From Octopus vulgaris (Eukaryota): 64,000 bases of DNA. Positions 12,282 to 24,807 of the stretch are shown here, piece by piece. The number at the start of each line of letters is the position of its first letter. Within the stretch, counting starts at the first letter, position 1. The stretch covers positions 10,106,001 to 10,170,000 of the forward strand of contig OX597830.1 in assembly GCA_951406725.2 (NCBI GenBank), in the 5' to 3' direction. The notes beneath the pieces were generated by a model. That model was not told the origin of the DNA and ran no database searches. It worked only from the letters and a program-made list of their open reading frames with translations. Position numbers and translations under genes: made by a program.

Positions 12282-12950
12282 ATATAGATATATGTATGTA
12301 TGTATATATAGATATATGTATGTATGTATATATAGATATATGTATGTATATATAGATATATGTATGTATGTATATATATAGATATATGTATGTATGTATA
12401 TATATAGATATATATAAGTATGTATCTATATTTATGTGTGCATGCATGTATGTGTGTATGTATATGCGTGTGCTTCTGTTCATGAATCTGTTTACGTAAC
12501 GTGTCTACGAATAATACGTAGGTACCTATATGGGCGGAACTTAGAGCTTATCTTCGTAAGCATTTGTTTATTTAGGATTAATGATTTCTTCCATTATTTA
12601 TTCTATTTAAGATGAATATTGTTTTAAAATGGAAATATATCTTAATGTGTCTACGTAAAAGCCAGAAATATATATGAGAACGGAAATCAGGATATTGTGT
12701 GTTTGGATGGTATTACATTTCAATAAAGTTTCATTTTCCAACCACCGACTTGTAATTTCGGCAAAATCATCAAATACATTTCTAATACATATGATAAAGT
12801 GATGTATAAACGTTGCCAAAATATGCAGAATATTCGATACTGTGCGCAGAAAAATAATTAAAATATCTGTGGCTTGATTACTCATAGAAGCCATTTATTA
12901 TTTTTTTTTAATGAAATTTTGAAACGATATCAATTACTATCATTATTAAA

Positions 12951-13690
12951 AGGCGGAGAGCTGGCAGCATCGTTGGAACGCCGGGCGGGCGAAATGGCTA
13001 GCGGTAATTCGTCTGTCTTTATGTTCTGAGTTCAAATTCCGCCGAGGTCGCTGTTGGTTTTCATCCTTTTGGTGTAGATAACTTAAGTAGTACCAGTTGC
13101 GTACTGGAGTCGATCTAATCGATTGGCCCCCTTGCCCGAAATATCAGACTTTGTGCCTATAGTAGAAAGGATTATAAATAGGCGGTGAGCTGGCAGATTC
13201 CTTAGCAACCCGGACGAAATGCTTAACGGTATTTCGTCTGTCGGTGTCGATTAAAATAAGTACCAGTTACGCACTGGGGTCGATATAATCGACTTAATCC
13301 GTTCGTCTGTCCTTGTTTGTCCTCTCTGTGTTGAGCCCCTTGTGGGTAGTAAAGAAATAGGTATTTCGTCTGCCGCTACGTACTGAGTTCAAATTCCACC
13401 GAGGTCGACTTTGCCTTTCATCCTTTAGGGGTCGATTAAAATAAGTACCAGTTATGCACTGGGGTCGATGTAATCGAGTTAATCCGTTTGTCTGTCCTTG
13501 TTTGTCCCCTCTGTGTTTAAGCCCCTTGTGAGTAGTAAAGAAATAGGTATTTCGTCTGCGCTACTTTCTGAGTTCAAATTCTGCCAGTGTTGACTTTGCT
13601 TTTCATCCTTTCATGGTCGTCTGCACCGGAGTCAATGTGATCGACTTTAATCCTCTCCCCCAATCTGCCCTTATGGCAAAATTTTGAAAT
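12951..13690 (+). mobile_element. SINE A cluster including head-less tandem units
   Basis: Copy 12951-13150, then an array with junctions aaagaaatag|gtatttcgtc at 13360/13361 and 13546/13547. Confidence 0.88.
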
Positions 13691-13720
13691 CGTTTTTATT
13701 ATTATGATTATTATTATTAC

Positions 13721-13914
13721 TTTTTTTTTCTTCTTTCAAATTTGCTTCCATTTCTTGCCGAGTGTCTTCCCGACTCCTAGGGCAAAGAAACTCATAGTAT
13801 ACATCGGTAGGCCATTAAACCAAACTCAATAGTTCGTTCATTTTTTTTTAAAGTTAAATTAAAATACATGAGCAGCAACAGTTCTCACATCGACAATGCT
13901 CTTCTCAATACGTG
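13721..13914 (-). mobile_element. R4/Dong-like retrotransposon extreme 3' end in (TAA)n
   Basis: 13914->13885 reads HVLRRALSM*, then a 3' UTR; both sides are (TTA)n. Confidence 0.6.
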
Positions 13915-14087
13915 TTATTATTATTATTATTATCATTATTATTATTATTATTTTTATTAGGTGGTTAGCACGCCGGGGAAAATGATTAGCCACATTTTGT
14001 CCGTCTTTGCTTTCTGAGTTCAAATCCCACTGATGTCGACATTGCCGAGGTTGCTGGCCTTGTACCAAAGTTTGAAATCATTATTAT

Positions 14088-14320
14088 TGAGTACATGCCA
14101 TCAAAGTCACACTATAGTACATATATACGAATCCCAATATACCCATCTTGGCTACCCATCTGATAAGGGTACACCAGGCACATGCCTTACAAAAATGTGT
14201 GCGCGTCATGATGATCTTATATCAAAATATATAGTGGGGCTCAGTTAGAATTTTCTTCATGTCGAGTAGCCCATCCTGCTCAAATGGTCTCTGAATAAGG
14301 GGTTTTAAGGATGTTGAACG
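14088..14320 (-). mobile_element. Probable non-LTR 3' UTR fragment in (TAA)n
   Basis: Complex ~230-bp block bounded on both sides by (TTA)n; no coding remnant seen, so family and strand are inferred from context. Confidence 0.45.
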
Positions 14321-14339
14321 ATTATTATTATTATTACAG

Positions 14340-14640
14340 ATATGTAATATCAAATGTGCCTCTTTTTCTTTTTTTTCTATTTTTTTTCTATTCGCCAATT
14401 GTAAAATTAAAACTTATAGACTGATGATATCATTCCATGAACGTGTGTACGCAGGTTGCTCTCGTTCATATTTTAGATTTGAATTTCTATAATTTTGAAT
14501 TTTGATGATTTTTCATTTTGAACTCGACAAAGACAGACTTGCTATCGAAATATCGTTCAACCAATAACATATTTATTGCAAAGGCATTGCGCTTTTCGTC
14601 TCATCTATTTACTTTTGTGACGAATTACGTCAATCCTTTT
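14340..14640 (+). mobile_element. Penelope-like 3' terminus with degenerate hammerhead-like fold (14518-14560)
   Basis: ttgaac-tcgacaa-a-gacag acttg ctatc-gaaa-tatc-gttcaa: stems I and II and GAAA retained, CUGANGA box decayed; another ctgatga at ~14421. Confidence 0.45.
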
Positions 14641-14663
14641 AAAATACTATTGTTATAATAATA

Positions 14664-14828
14664 ATAGGGGCTGCAATAAGGGTGAAGCACTTGCAGAAAA
14701 CAGCACTGCTTGGAACCGCTCGAATATTGCGGAAGGTGCTCGAAAATTAAGGAGTGTTACCTTAGTTCACTGGTAGCGAACAGCTGACACCGTAGTACAT
14801 CACCAGCGTTAGAAGCTGTGCAAAGGCA
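14664..14828 (+). mobile_element. R4/Dong-clade retrotransposon 3' end in (TAA)n
   Basis: 14664-14750 reads IGAAIRVKHLQKTALLGTARILRKVLEN*, the characteristic R4/Dong C-terminus; short UTR, then (TAA)n. Confidence 0.85.
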
Positions 14829-16107
14829 ATAATAATAATAATAATAATAATTATTATTATTATTATTATTATTATTATTTAAAATGTCGCTTTGTATCCA
14901 ATATCGTGATGTTGTTGATTGAAGATATTGTGTGTCCTGGGGTTTGTACTGTTTGTCAATTCACAACAAAGACCTCAGACAGTACATTACGCAATATGCA
15001 TGCAGTTTCAAGTTGCGTTGACTTTTGCACTACACTTAGAGTTTAGGGTATTTCTAAAGTTTCTAGATGTTTAAGCTGCCAGAATCGTTCGTATGCCGGG
15101 CGAAAAGTTTAGCGCAATTTCGTCCGTCTTTACGTTCTGATTTGAAATCAAATTCCACTGAGGTCGACTTTACTTTTCATACTTTCAGGGTCGATAAGAT
15201 AAGAAAGCTGTTGAGCTCAGGGATCGAAGTAATCGATATATAATCCCTTGAACCTGTTGGCTTTGTGCCAAAGTTTTAAATGGATATCTATTTGACATCG
15301 GTAAGCAATATTTTGTGAGAAATATACTCGACGGTATTGAAGCTGTGCAGGCGTATTAGACGCACCCCGATTTTAGCAGTGCATACTCAGGAATAAAATG
15401 TCTGTAACAGAGTAAGGCCTAAGGGAGGCCCAATGTTTTATATACAATATGCAGTAATTTTTTAACATTTCTTTGGAAAAAAGTATCTTATATGCTATCA
15501 AACATGTTTGTGTGCGCATGCGTGCGTTCGTGTGTGTATAAACATTTTTAGTAAAACTTTTAAATGAATATTATTTGACATCGATTCGCTTAAATTGTTG
15601 CTGGTTTTTTAGAGCTGGATCGCGAGTGTTGTATTCTGTTCTCCAGGGATCCGGCCAGGATTATAGTTTGTGTAGGCCCGCCACATGCCATATGGTCATG
15701 ATGGATAAGGGAGTATTTCACAGAGATAACAGCTGTCTAGGACACTGCTCGGAAGGTTTATCCGGGACGCCCAAAGCTGATAACGACAATTCGGGGATGC
15801 AGCGACGCGCTGCAACGGCAAACAGACGCACACCTGACAAAAAGAGCAGTAGTTTATGAGTATCGTATTTCATAGCATAGAAGATGCACGAGCGTATGAG
15901 GAACACCACCAATTTCAGTAGCACATACACAGACAAAATATTTTTAGTGCATTAAAGCATGTGATATCTGTGAAATACGTGGTATATATGATATATGGAC
16001 CAACTTCGCAAATAAGACCTAGGCTGATACTTTGAGATAGTTTCAAAACAAAGAGCGTCAGCTATGCTCTCAAATATGATACACTTATAAACGTTGTACA
16101 AACTTTT

Positions 16108-16175
16108 ACTATAGCCTCGCGCCGACCAAAACCTTGTGGGTAGATTTGGTAGACGGTGACTGAAAGAAGCCCGTC

Positions 16176-16228
<53 letters not shown>

Positions 16229-16440
16229 GTTTGTGTGTATCTGTGTTTGTCCCCCAAACATCGCTTGACAACCGATGCTGATGTGTTTACGTCCCCGTAA
16301 CCTAGAGGTTCGGCTAAACAGCCCGATAGAATAACTGGGCTTACAAAGAATAAGTCCTAGGGTCAATTTACTCGACTAAAGGCGGTGCTCCAGCATGGCA
16401 CAGTGAAATGACTAAAACAAGTAAAACACTAAAAGAGTAA
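16108..16440 (+). mobile_element. SINE family B, 5'-truncated, internal (TA)n
   Basis: actatagcctc...gaagcccgtcg-(TA)n-ctgtgtttgtcccc...aaacaagtaaaa. Confidence 0.88.
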
Positions 16441-16991
16441 AAAAGAGTAATTAACATCGATCAGCAATAATTTACTCGTATTTCAATCTTAATTTGAGAA
16501 GTAGTTTATATTTATGCAAAAATAAAATGAATACACAGCCTTTTTACCAATTTGCTACTTCCGCTGTACGGCGTTGATGCATTTAACTTCCGCTTATCAG
16601 AGCAATTCAATGCTGGTAATAAAGTAACACCAATGGATGTTCAATATGGGGAGAAAGAAGGATTGAGAGAAATGCTTAAGGTGAATTGCGGGTGGTAACA
16701 GTAGGGAACTGACGATTCTAAATCTCCAACCAAGGACACAGTAACGGTTCGATACACATTAACACACGTGTCCTTCCTGAGATGCATACTGTGCGAGACC
16801 AATTTTTTTTACAGATTACTGATGGGCCAATAATTTTGCATCGCAATCACATGGTCCGCAGATGCGTTTCACTGCTTACCATCTTGAGCAAAGTATTTTT
16901 ATCACAGATTGAAAGTCCTTAGATGGAAACGTAATTAAGTAATTTAGTAGCTATGTGTCGCTACACGCTATTATATAAATATATAAGATAT

Positions 16992-17032
<41 letters not shown>

Positions 17033-17080
17033 CGGTATACACTATTACATATATATGTATGTATTGTCGGTACACACTAT

Positions 17081-17124
<44 letters not shown>

Positions 17125-17207
17125 TAAGTGCATATATATGTGGGGGGTGAGTGTATGTGCACACGCTTGTGTGAGTACGTATGTAAATACATACATACCT
17201 ACACACA

Positions 17208-17253
<46 letters not shown>

Positions 17254-17654
17254 CGTGTGTGTGTGTATGTGTACGTGCTTGTGTGACTACGTATGTACAC
17301 ACATACATATATGCATATATGCATGCACATACACACACATTTTAAGTTTGCTACAGGCATTGTAATCCAACGAAGTAAAACCCAATTTATTGAATGAAGT
17401 AAATTTTGAAAAGACACCTGAAGAGACACATCTGCACCGAAGGATGCACCGCAACTAGATGTACAGTATCTCACCTGCGAGGGACCGATGCAAGGTGGTC
17501 GAAAAGATCGTTGTGATTAATAAAGAATATCGTGAATTCCGTTTTCTTTTTAATATATATAAATACATATATACATACATTTTCAAAATGTAAGAACATG
17601 CGATTCGTTGGAGATTTTCTTCCTCTGTCTTTCTTTCTATTGGACTTTTTTTGT

Positions 17655-17689
17655 GTTTCTGAAGGAGTGCGTTGCTCGAAACGTTAAAC
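17655..17689 (+). ncRNA. Degenerate minimal hammerhead-like motif in a Penelope-like end
   Basis: gttt-CTGAAGG-agtgcgttgctc-GAAA-cgtt-aaac: stem I gttt/aaac, ACGU palindromic stem III; A9 and stem II mutated. Confidence 0.5.
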
Positions 17690-17791
17690 CATCTTTCTTC
17701 CCTTCCCTGAGCGTGTAATAATACTTCACATGTACCAAGTCCTCGTGTTGTTGTGTTCTTCATTGTTTGTTCATTTATGTGTTTTGGATTT

Positions 17792-17846
<55 letters not shown>

Positions 17847-17890
17847 GGGAGATAAAGAATATTAATTTAATTAATATCAATTTAAAACAG

Positions 17891-17929
<39 letters not shown>

Positions 17930-17933
<4 letters not shown>

Positions 17934-18217
17934 CTAATACATGTGTATATTTAAAGTGCTAAAAAACCACTATGTGGTCAGCCGTATGCTAGAAGTAAAT
18001 CACCTACGATCAAACTACAAAGAAAAGAATGTTCTCTGGAGGAAAATTCAGCGGACACCAGAACAAGACTCTTGCCCGCATATTGTTCTGGTGTCCGCTG
18101 AATTTTTCTCTAGAGAACATTCTTTCTTTGTAGTTTGATCGTAGGTGATCTATTTCTAGAATAGGGCTGACCACTTAGTGGTTTTTAGCACTTTAAATAT
18201 ACACACGTATTAGAATT
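17930..18217. repeat. Long fold-back palindrome (~137-bp arms, 16-nt loop)
   Basis: 17930-18066 vs 18083-18217, highly similar reverse complements; outer inverted pair 17859-17887/18264-18292; bounded by (TA)n. Confidence 0.92.
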
Positions 18218-18371
18218 TTCTCTGATTTTTCAGATTTTTGTATGTTATTAATTAAATTAATATTTTTAAATTGATATTAATTAAATTAATATAAATAAAA
18301 TATATATATATATATATATATATAAACACATATAAAATTGTATCAAATACCAGTGGTATAATATTTATTCT

Positions 18372-18513
18372 CAGAAAATTCAACAAAACCTGTGATAATT
18401 GCCGTTCATCGGACAGTTTTTATAAATAAACCGCTGACGAAAAAACTGTCCTGAATCGAACTCACAAAACGGCAACGTGAAACTCAGAGTAACAGGTTTT
18501 GTTGAATTTTCTG
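18372..18513. repeat. Fold-back element containing a hammerhead 3' half
   Basis: Perfect 22-bp outer arms, inner stems ttgccgtt/aacggcaa and ggacagtttt/aaaactgtcc, GAAACTCAGAGTA at 18479-18491. Confidence 0.8.
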
Positions 18514-18559
18514 CTGCTTTAAATAAAGTGTGTGTGTGTATATATATATTATATATATG

Positions 18560-18617
<58 letters not shown>

Positions 18618-18638
18618 GACGCTTTCAGGATTGTTTAT

Positions 18639-18677
<39 letters not shown>

Positions 18678-18723
18678 TAATAAATAAAAAGGGGTTTGTA
18701 TAATTGTGTATAGAGGAATATAT

Positions 18724-19005
18724 TATTCAAAGGAACTCCAACTCTGTTTTTATGTTTTATTGATATTCTTATAATATCAATGTAGGATATAGAATATATA
18801 GTATATATTTTCGCGACCTTGAAGACTGCTTAAATGCAAGAAAATATACTAGTACCGTAATATTTGATATTCTATATTTCATCTATTCAATAAGACAATC
18901 AATACTTCATTTCATTATACTATATATGCTATATATTCTATATTCTACATTAATATTATAAAGAATATAAATAAAACATAAAAAACAGACAAAACTGGAA
19001 TTTCT

Positions 19006-19012
<7 letters not shown>
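18724..19012. repeat. Fold-back element (~85-bp arms) with a hammerhead-like spacer
   Basis: Arms ~18724-18808 and ~18922-19012; spacer has cttgaaga-ctgc ttaaat gcaa-gaaa, similar to 3031-3067. Confidence 0.7.
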
Positions 19013-19053
<41 letters not shown>

Positions 19054-19364
19054 CGACATACGGAGATTATAATATATACTTGTTTACTTTCGTTTTGTAA
19101 ACGAGATTAAATTGATGCATTTTGAATTATCAATTAAGCGATGAACGTCAATGCGTATTTCAGTATTCTACTTGTCGTAGAATATGTCACTTGTATGACG
19201 GTATCGCCAATATACATTACGTAAAAAATGATATATATATGCGTGGTGTAACTGTACGGTATAGTGTTTTATAAGACTATAGAAACTACGAGAGAACATA
19301 AAATAATTTGTCTTCGACGGTTAAACTCAAAGTAAATAGAGCAATAGATAATAGTGTGTAAAAA

Positions 19365-19599
19365 TAGTAATCCCTCGACTATCACGGGTGTTACGTTTCA
19401 AAACCTCCCACAGAAAGAATTAAAATATAAAAAAATATAAATACCTATCGGCCATGAAACCCGCGATATACGAAGGTGTCCGCGATATAAATTTACATAT
19501 ATTAGCCAGAAAAATCCGCGATGTATTCAGTGCACGATAGGTGAACCGTGATGTACTTAATGCGCGATAGGTGAACTGCGATATGGCGAGGGGTTACTG
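19365..19599. mobile_element. pogo/Tigger-like MITE
   Basis: TIRs tagtaatccctcg and cgaggggttactg followed by TA; internal ~30-bp tandem duplication. Confidence 0.75.
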
Positions 19600-19719
19600 T
19601 ATTGTGTTAAAACCATTCGGTATAAAAAAAGATTGTTTTCGAAATTTTCTATCCAAACGATTTGCTTTTCTAATTTTTTTCTAATGTCATTTCGCGCCTA
19701 TCTCCACCTAAGAACATAA

Positions 19720-20290
19720 TTGTTGGGCAATGACGAAAAGTCTCAGATCAGGAATAAAAGCAGCTAAAATGATGTTTCTCCGAATGATCTCTAGATTAAC
19801 GTTATTCGACAGTATGCATAATGCATGAATTCTGTGAATGTTTCCATGGCGAGCCGCTACTTCTCCGAATTGAGAGAACTAATCTGCGCTAATCCGTTCG
19901 ACCGTGGTCGAGACAATGGAATTTACCATGCTACGCCAGACTTCACGGTCCATCATGGCATTACGGAGGTCCTGTTGCTGGATGCCTGTATCCCTGGAGA
20001 TTACATCAGGGTAGGAGAGTGTGCGCCCTCTGGTATAGTGAGTAGATGGCTTCCAGAGGAGAAGAGTAGAAATTACCTCTTTTTCAGCTCTACAACAATG
20101 TCCAGCAAACTGGACTCTCTTACCTTTCACAAGAGATGACACAGGTGCTAGTTTCCCATATATTTGCATTTTGGTTGGATGGCGCTTCCACGAGATTAGA
20201 CTGTCTCATGTAAGCCTGGCAAAATAGACTCTTCATGCCGTGCCAAGCAGCAGAATAACTATGGGCAGGCGGAAAAGACGGGATTGTTTT
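19720..20290 (+). mobile_element. Old RTE LINE fragment, interrupted by a second RTE
   Basis: CWAMTKSLRSGIKAAKMMFLRMISRLTLFDSMHN...EPLLLRIER (19720-19880), resuming after ~20195; resembles 5650-6030. Confidence 0.7.
19893..20195 (-). mobile_element. RTE-type LINE 3' end (younger, frame open)
   Basis: SWKRHPTKMQIYGKLAPVSSLVKGKRVQFAGHCCRAEKEVISTLLLWKP...YPDVISRDTG...AMMDREVWR: AGH..R, LLW.P and DR..WR motifs. Confidence 0.88.
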
Positions 20291-20524
20291 AATCCACGGT
20301 TTCAGTTTTAGCCACGCTTGGTTATCCAGCCTGAAAATGTAATTATGTTTGTTTCAGATAAGAGCCTATTGATGAAAAGCCTGAAGATTCTTATACCACG
20401 GCCCTGCCAGGTGCTAGAATCCTCAGGTAAACGATGGCTGGATGTATACGTATATGTATGCTTGTGTATATATATTAAAATACATATGTATATACCTTAT
20501 ACATATATATTCATATATATAAAT

Positions 20525-21275
20525 TAGAAAAAAACCCACCTTTTATCAATTCAGTAATGAAAAATTAAATTATACCATCTAGAAAATTACATATTATAGT
20601 AAGATTAAATATAAAAAAATATACCGATGATAATAAATAAAACGTATACATATAAAAAATACAAAAATGGGACAAGAACGCAAAACATCCAGACAGTTAG
20701 GTGATATTGAAAAGGGACAATAAAACATCCAGACAGACGATACAAAGAAAACAAGGACGGCTCATTCAGAGTTTCCTATCCTCAGTCGAGTTCCAGATTA
20801 TCTTTTCAATTTCGGCTGGTTATACTCGAGATTGCTCCAATCTGGCCATCCCAAAGGAAAAACTAAGCTAAGAGCACTAGATTCCTTGGAAGAAAGCAGC
20901 GAATCTATATGAAAACAAGGACGGAGAAAAACAGGAATGTTACACAAATACAAATGCAATAAACAGGACATAACAACGGGTGTCTTTCAACTAAGAACGC
21001 ATAAAATTAAGTTGGCGTGTGTGGAAGTAAAGCCTTACGGCAGGGACATGGTCTATTTTCTTATCATTATCTCCCTTTCTTTCCACTCATTCGCCATGTT
21101 GGGCGGCTGAAACCTATAAGTTTTCATTCTCTCTCTCTTTATTTTCTCTTATTCCTTTCTGTTGAAGAGCATAGACTCGAAAGGTAAACGACCTTTCCAT
21201 TTTCCCGAGCATCAAACTAATACATTTCCTTGTTGTTCATAGAAGTATATTTTTCTTGTGTTTTTCTCTAAATTT
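20525..21275. mobile_element. Unclassified repeat block next to microsatellites, with a hammerhead-like remnant at 21154-21190
   Basis: Internal direct repeats aaaacatccagacag x2 and aaaacaaggacgg x2; cttt-ctgttga-agagcatagactc-gaaa-ggta-aacg. Confidence 0.4.
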
Positions 21276-21305
21276 CAACTATACATACATACATAGATAC
21301 ATACA

Positions 21306-21337
<32 letters not shown>

Positions 21338-21390
21338 ACGTATATTACAAATTCATAGGGGACCACAACCATTTAAGGCGAACTTTTATT

Positions 21391-21470
<80 letters not shown>

Positions 21471-21989
21471 TCACACATACATACACATAAATAAATTAGA
21501 TAATTTTATGTTTATATGTGTGCGTACACTTTTACATTTCAGATATTTTTTACACTGAAAAACTGATATCTGCGTATTACGTAAGTCAAAATATACTAAT
21601 ATCTTTTCTCTATATGTTCAGTTTGATAGCTAATTATATTATAGTTATATGTAGAATAATCGATATAAACGTAGGTGCACATGTCAATAGCGATGCATAT
21701 GTTTGCGTAGAAATATCCTCTTTGTATTTCGTGAATTTACCGAAGTAGATATATACAAAGAGCTATAAATATTTAAGAGTGACTTTGTGTGCATGTTTAT
21801 ATCGATGGGATTTGTTATGTGGCATATCATACATTTCCAGGTTAATGTTGATTGAGTAGCTGCGTGTATTTGTGCAAAAGGAATAGGGGGGGGGGGGGGC
21901 AACAAAGAGCAACAGAAAAATTCTTTATCCCCAAGCGATTTGTTCACAATGTGAAATTAGTGTGTGCGTGCATGTACGTGAGTAATATG

Positions 21990-22340
21990 TATATACATAC
22001 ATATATATATATATATACACACACACATATATGCATATACATATATACACACGCTTTTATATATATATATATATTTACACACACACATATATGCATATAC
22101 ATATATACATACACTTTTATATATATATATATATTTACACACACACACATATATGCATATACATATATACACACGCTTTTATATATATATATATATATAT
22201 ATTTACACACACACACATATATGCATATACATATATACATACACTTTTATATATATTATATATAATATATATATACACACACACATATGCATATACATAT
22301 ATACATACTTTTATTTATATATATATATATATATACATAT
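21990..22340. repeat. Microsatellite-derived minisatellite (~60-bp unit)
   Basis: Repeated (TA)n-ttt-(AC)n-atatatgcatatacatatataca..ctttt. Confidence 0.85.
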
Positions 22341-22652
22341 TATATAAATTTATGCATATATATATGCACGCGCACACACATATATATCATACATGTATGT
22401 CAAAATAATGGGAATATAAACGTAAAAATGCTTTTAAACAAACGTTTACAAACACACACACGCGCACATGAATCTATAAATTATGTATGCATGCAAGCAT
22501 GTATGTGTATACACGCATACGCATAAACACACACACATGCGTGTATATTGCATATATACATACATGTATATATGCATAATCTCCTACGCATTATGAAGTA
22601 ATAATGGGTTTTCAAAAGATATTTCTGAATGGAATATATTTTTATGCCATAC

Positions 22653-22724
<72 letters not shown>

Positions 22725-23369
22725 TATGTAACTCAACGCTATATATTCTTTATGGATTTCAAGCTTTAGAAATAAAATTTCACACTAGTTACATAATTGT
22801 TGATAGCTTGATAAATCAACCTGTTTGCTTAGCAAGAACTTTCCTTGGAAATTTCGATCGAAAATTATTTCCGTTATTTCAAGATTAATATGTTGTTTCG
22901 TATGAGCCTGACTTATATATGTGTTTCCAGCTTTATGCGAATGTATCGTCTGCGTTTGTTGAAATGCCTTTACGATAACTTTTACTCGATGTTCAGACTT
23001 GTAAATGTTAATTATTCTTCGTTGGCATTACATTCAATTTAGACTTATTTTATTATATAGCGTATTTATTTCCTGATACAAGATGTTAGCACCAGATTGT
23101 AAATAACTTGTAAGAATTATCCGCGTTACAATAGCTGGTATAACAGTTTATCTATTTATTTTGTGCTTGAATTAGATAACTGGCAATATGTGTAGTTTCT
23201 CAGATACACAAAAGCGATAGACACACGCACGCACACACAAATGCACACACACATATACACAAACAATGTGCTTCATGTTATGATGAGAATTTTATGCGAG
23301 AATTTTGTGCACCTCTCGTTCTCCCTCACCTCCCTCACTCCTCCTTGACTACGACTAGCCACCTTTATA

Positions 23370-23418
<49 letters not shown>

Positions 23419-24164
23419 TTGTGTGTGTATACACACACACATATATACATATATCTGTTTGTGTGTCTTTACGTATGTGTATGTATGTATATATATATAT
23501 ATATATATATACACATACACACACACATATATATATATACATATACACACATATATATGCACACATATATCAATTACTGTACTCAGTATAAACATACAAT
23601 ATGTATGAATGTATGCGTGTATGTGTGTATTTCTTTTACGTATTTCAACTATGCGGTTGTGGTTCTGCCGGATCACCACCATTATAATCAAATAAATATG
23701 ACAGAGGTACAGAGAGAAAGAGAGGGAGGAAGGGAGGTCTACATCCGTGTGTGTGTATATGTGCGCGGGCGTCCGTGTGCATGCGTGTAAGGAGTGACTG
23801 CGTGTGGTACACGTATGTGCGTGTTTTCTCTTCAGTGGCTCTGTACGGCCTCGAGACATGGTTAGTAAATTCTGTGCTCACACGAAAATTATGATAGCAT
23901 CATGATAGTTGCCATTAGCATTTCGAGTGTCTGGAGCGAACATTCAAACTTAGTAATATCGTCGGAGTCAAAGACAGCGTCGTCTGTGGCCTGGCGACCT
24001 GGAACAGGAGATGTGCAACCAATTATGTGGTGCTTACTGAGAACTTTCCTCGATCTGTCACAGTGACAAACCTTTGCGGATGAAGCTAGTTTATCCATCT
24101 GGTAGTGTGAGGAAGATGTGGAGTGGAAGGAAGTGTGATCGTGTGTCTCTATGTTCGTATTGTG

Positions 24165-24536
24165 GAGTCGCAATGGCCCAGTGGTTAGGGCAGCCCTCTC
24201 GCGGTTGTACGATCGCGGTTTCGATTCCCAGACTGTTCGTTGTGAGTGTTTATTGAGTAAAAACAACTAAAGCTCCACGAGGCTCCGGCAGTGGGTGGTG
24301 GCGAACCCTGCTGTACTCTTCCGCCACAACTTTATCTCATTCTTTCTTCCTCTTTCTTTTGTACCTGTATCTCAAGGGTCAGCCTTGTCATGCTGAATCT
24401 CCCCGAGAGCTACGTTAAGGTACACGGTACACGTGTCTGTGGAGTGCTCAGCCACTTGCTCGTTAATTTAACGAGCAGGCTATTCTGTTGATTGGATCAA
24501 CTGGGAACCCTTGTCCTCGTAACCGACGGAGTGTCA
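24165..24536 (+). mobile_element. tRNA-derived SINE family C, tail type 1
   Basis: A box tggcccagtgg, B box gtttcgattcc, body, tail ending aaccgacggagtgtca. Confidence 0.9.
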
Positions 24537-24734
24537 GTGATGCATGTCATTGGACGGATGACATAACACCAGGGCATATGCAAGCACTATATTCACCAGG
24601 TATTGTGTACTTCCCCAGACCTATCATTGTGACAAGCCCTTGCAGAAGCGAGTCTATCGGCTTGATATTGTAAGAAAGAGGTGGAAGAGAAGGAATTGTC
24701 TTTATGTATGTGTGTATAAATGAATTTGCCAATA

Positions 24735-24807
24735 CAGTGTGTATATATTATTTCTTACACATGCCCTGATAAACAGGGCATGTTTAAGGAATAATATATA
24801 CACTCTG
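24735..24807. repeat. Hairpin with 34-bp arms and a 5-nt loop
   Basis: 24735-24768 vs 24774-24807, 3 mismatches, loop ataaa. Confidence 0.9.

Noticed and set aside
20755-20790. CUGAGGA...GAAA on the minus strand
   Set aside because: Only 3 nt between the boxes, so no stem II, and U16.1 is missing.
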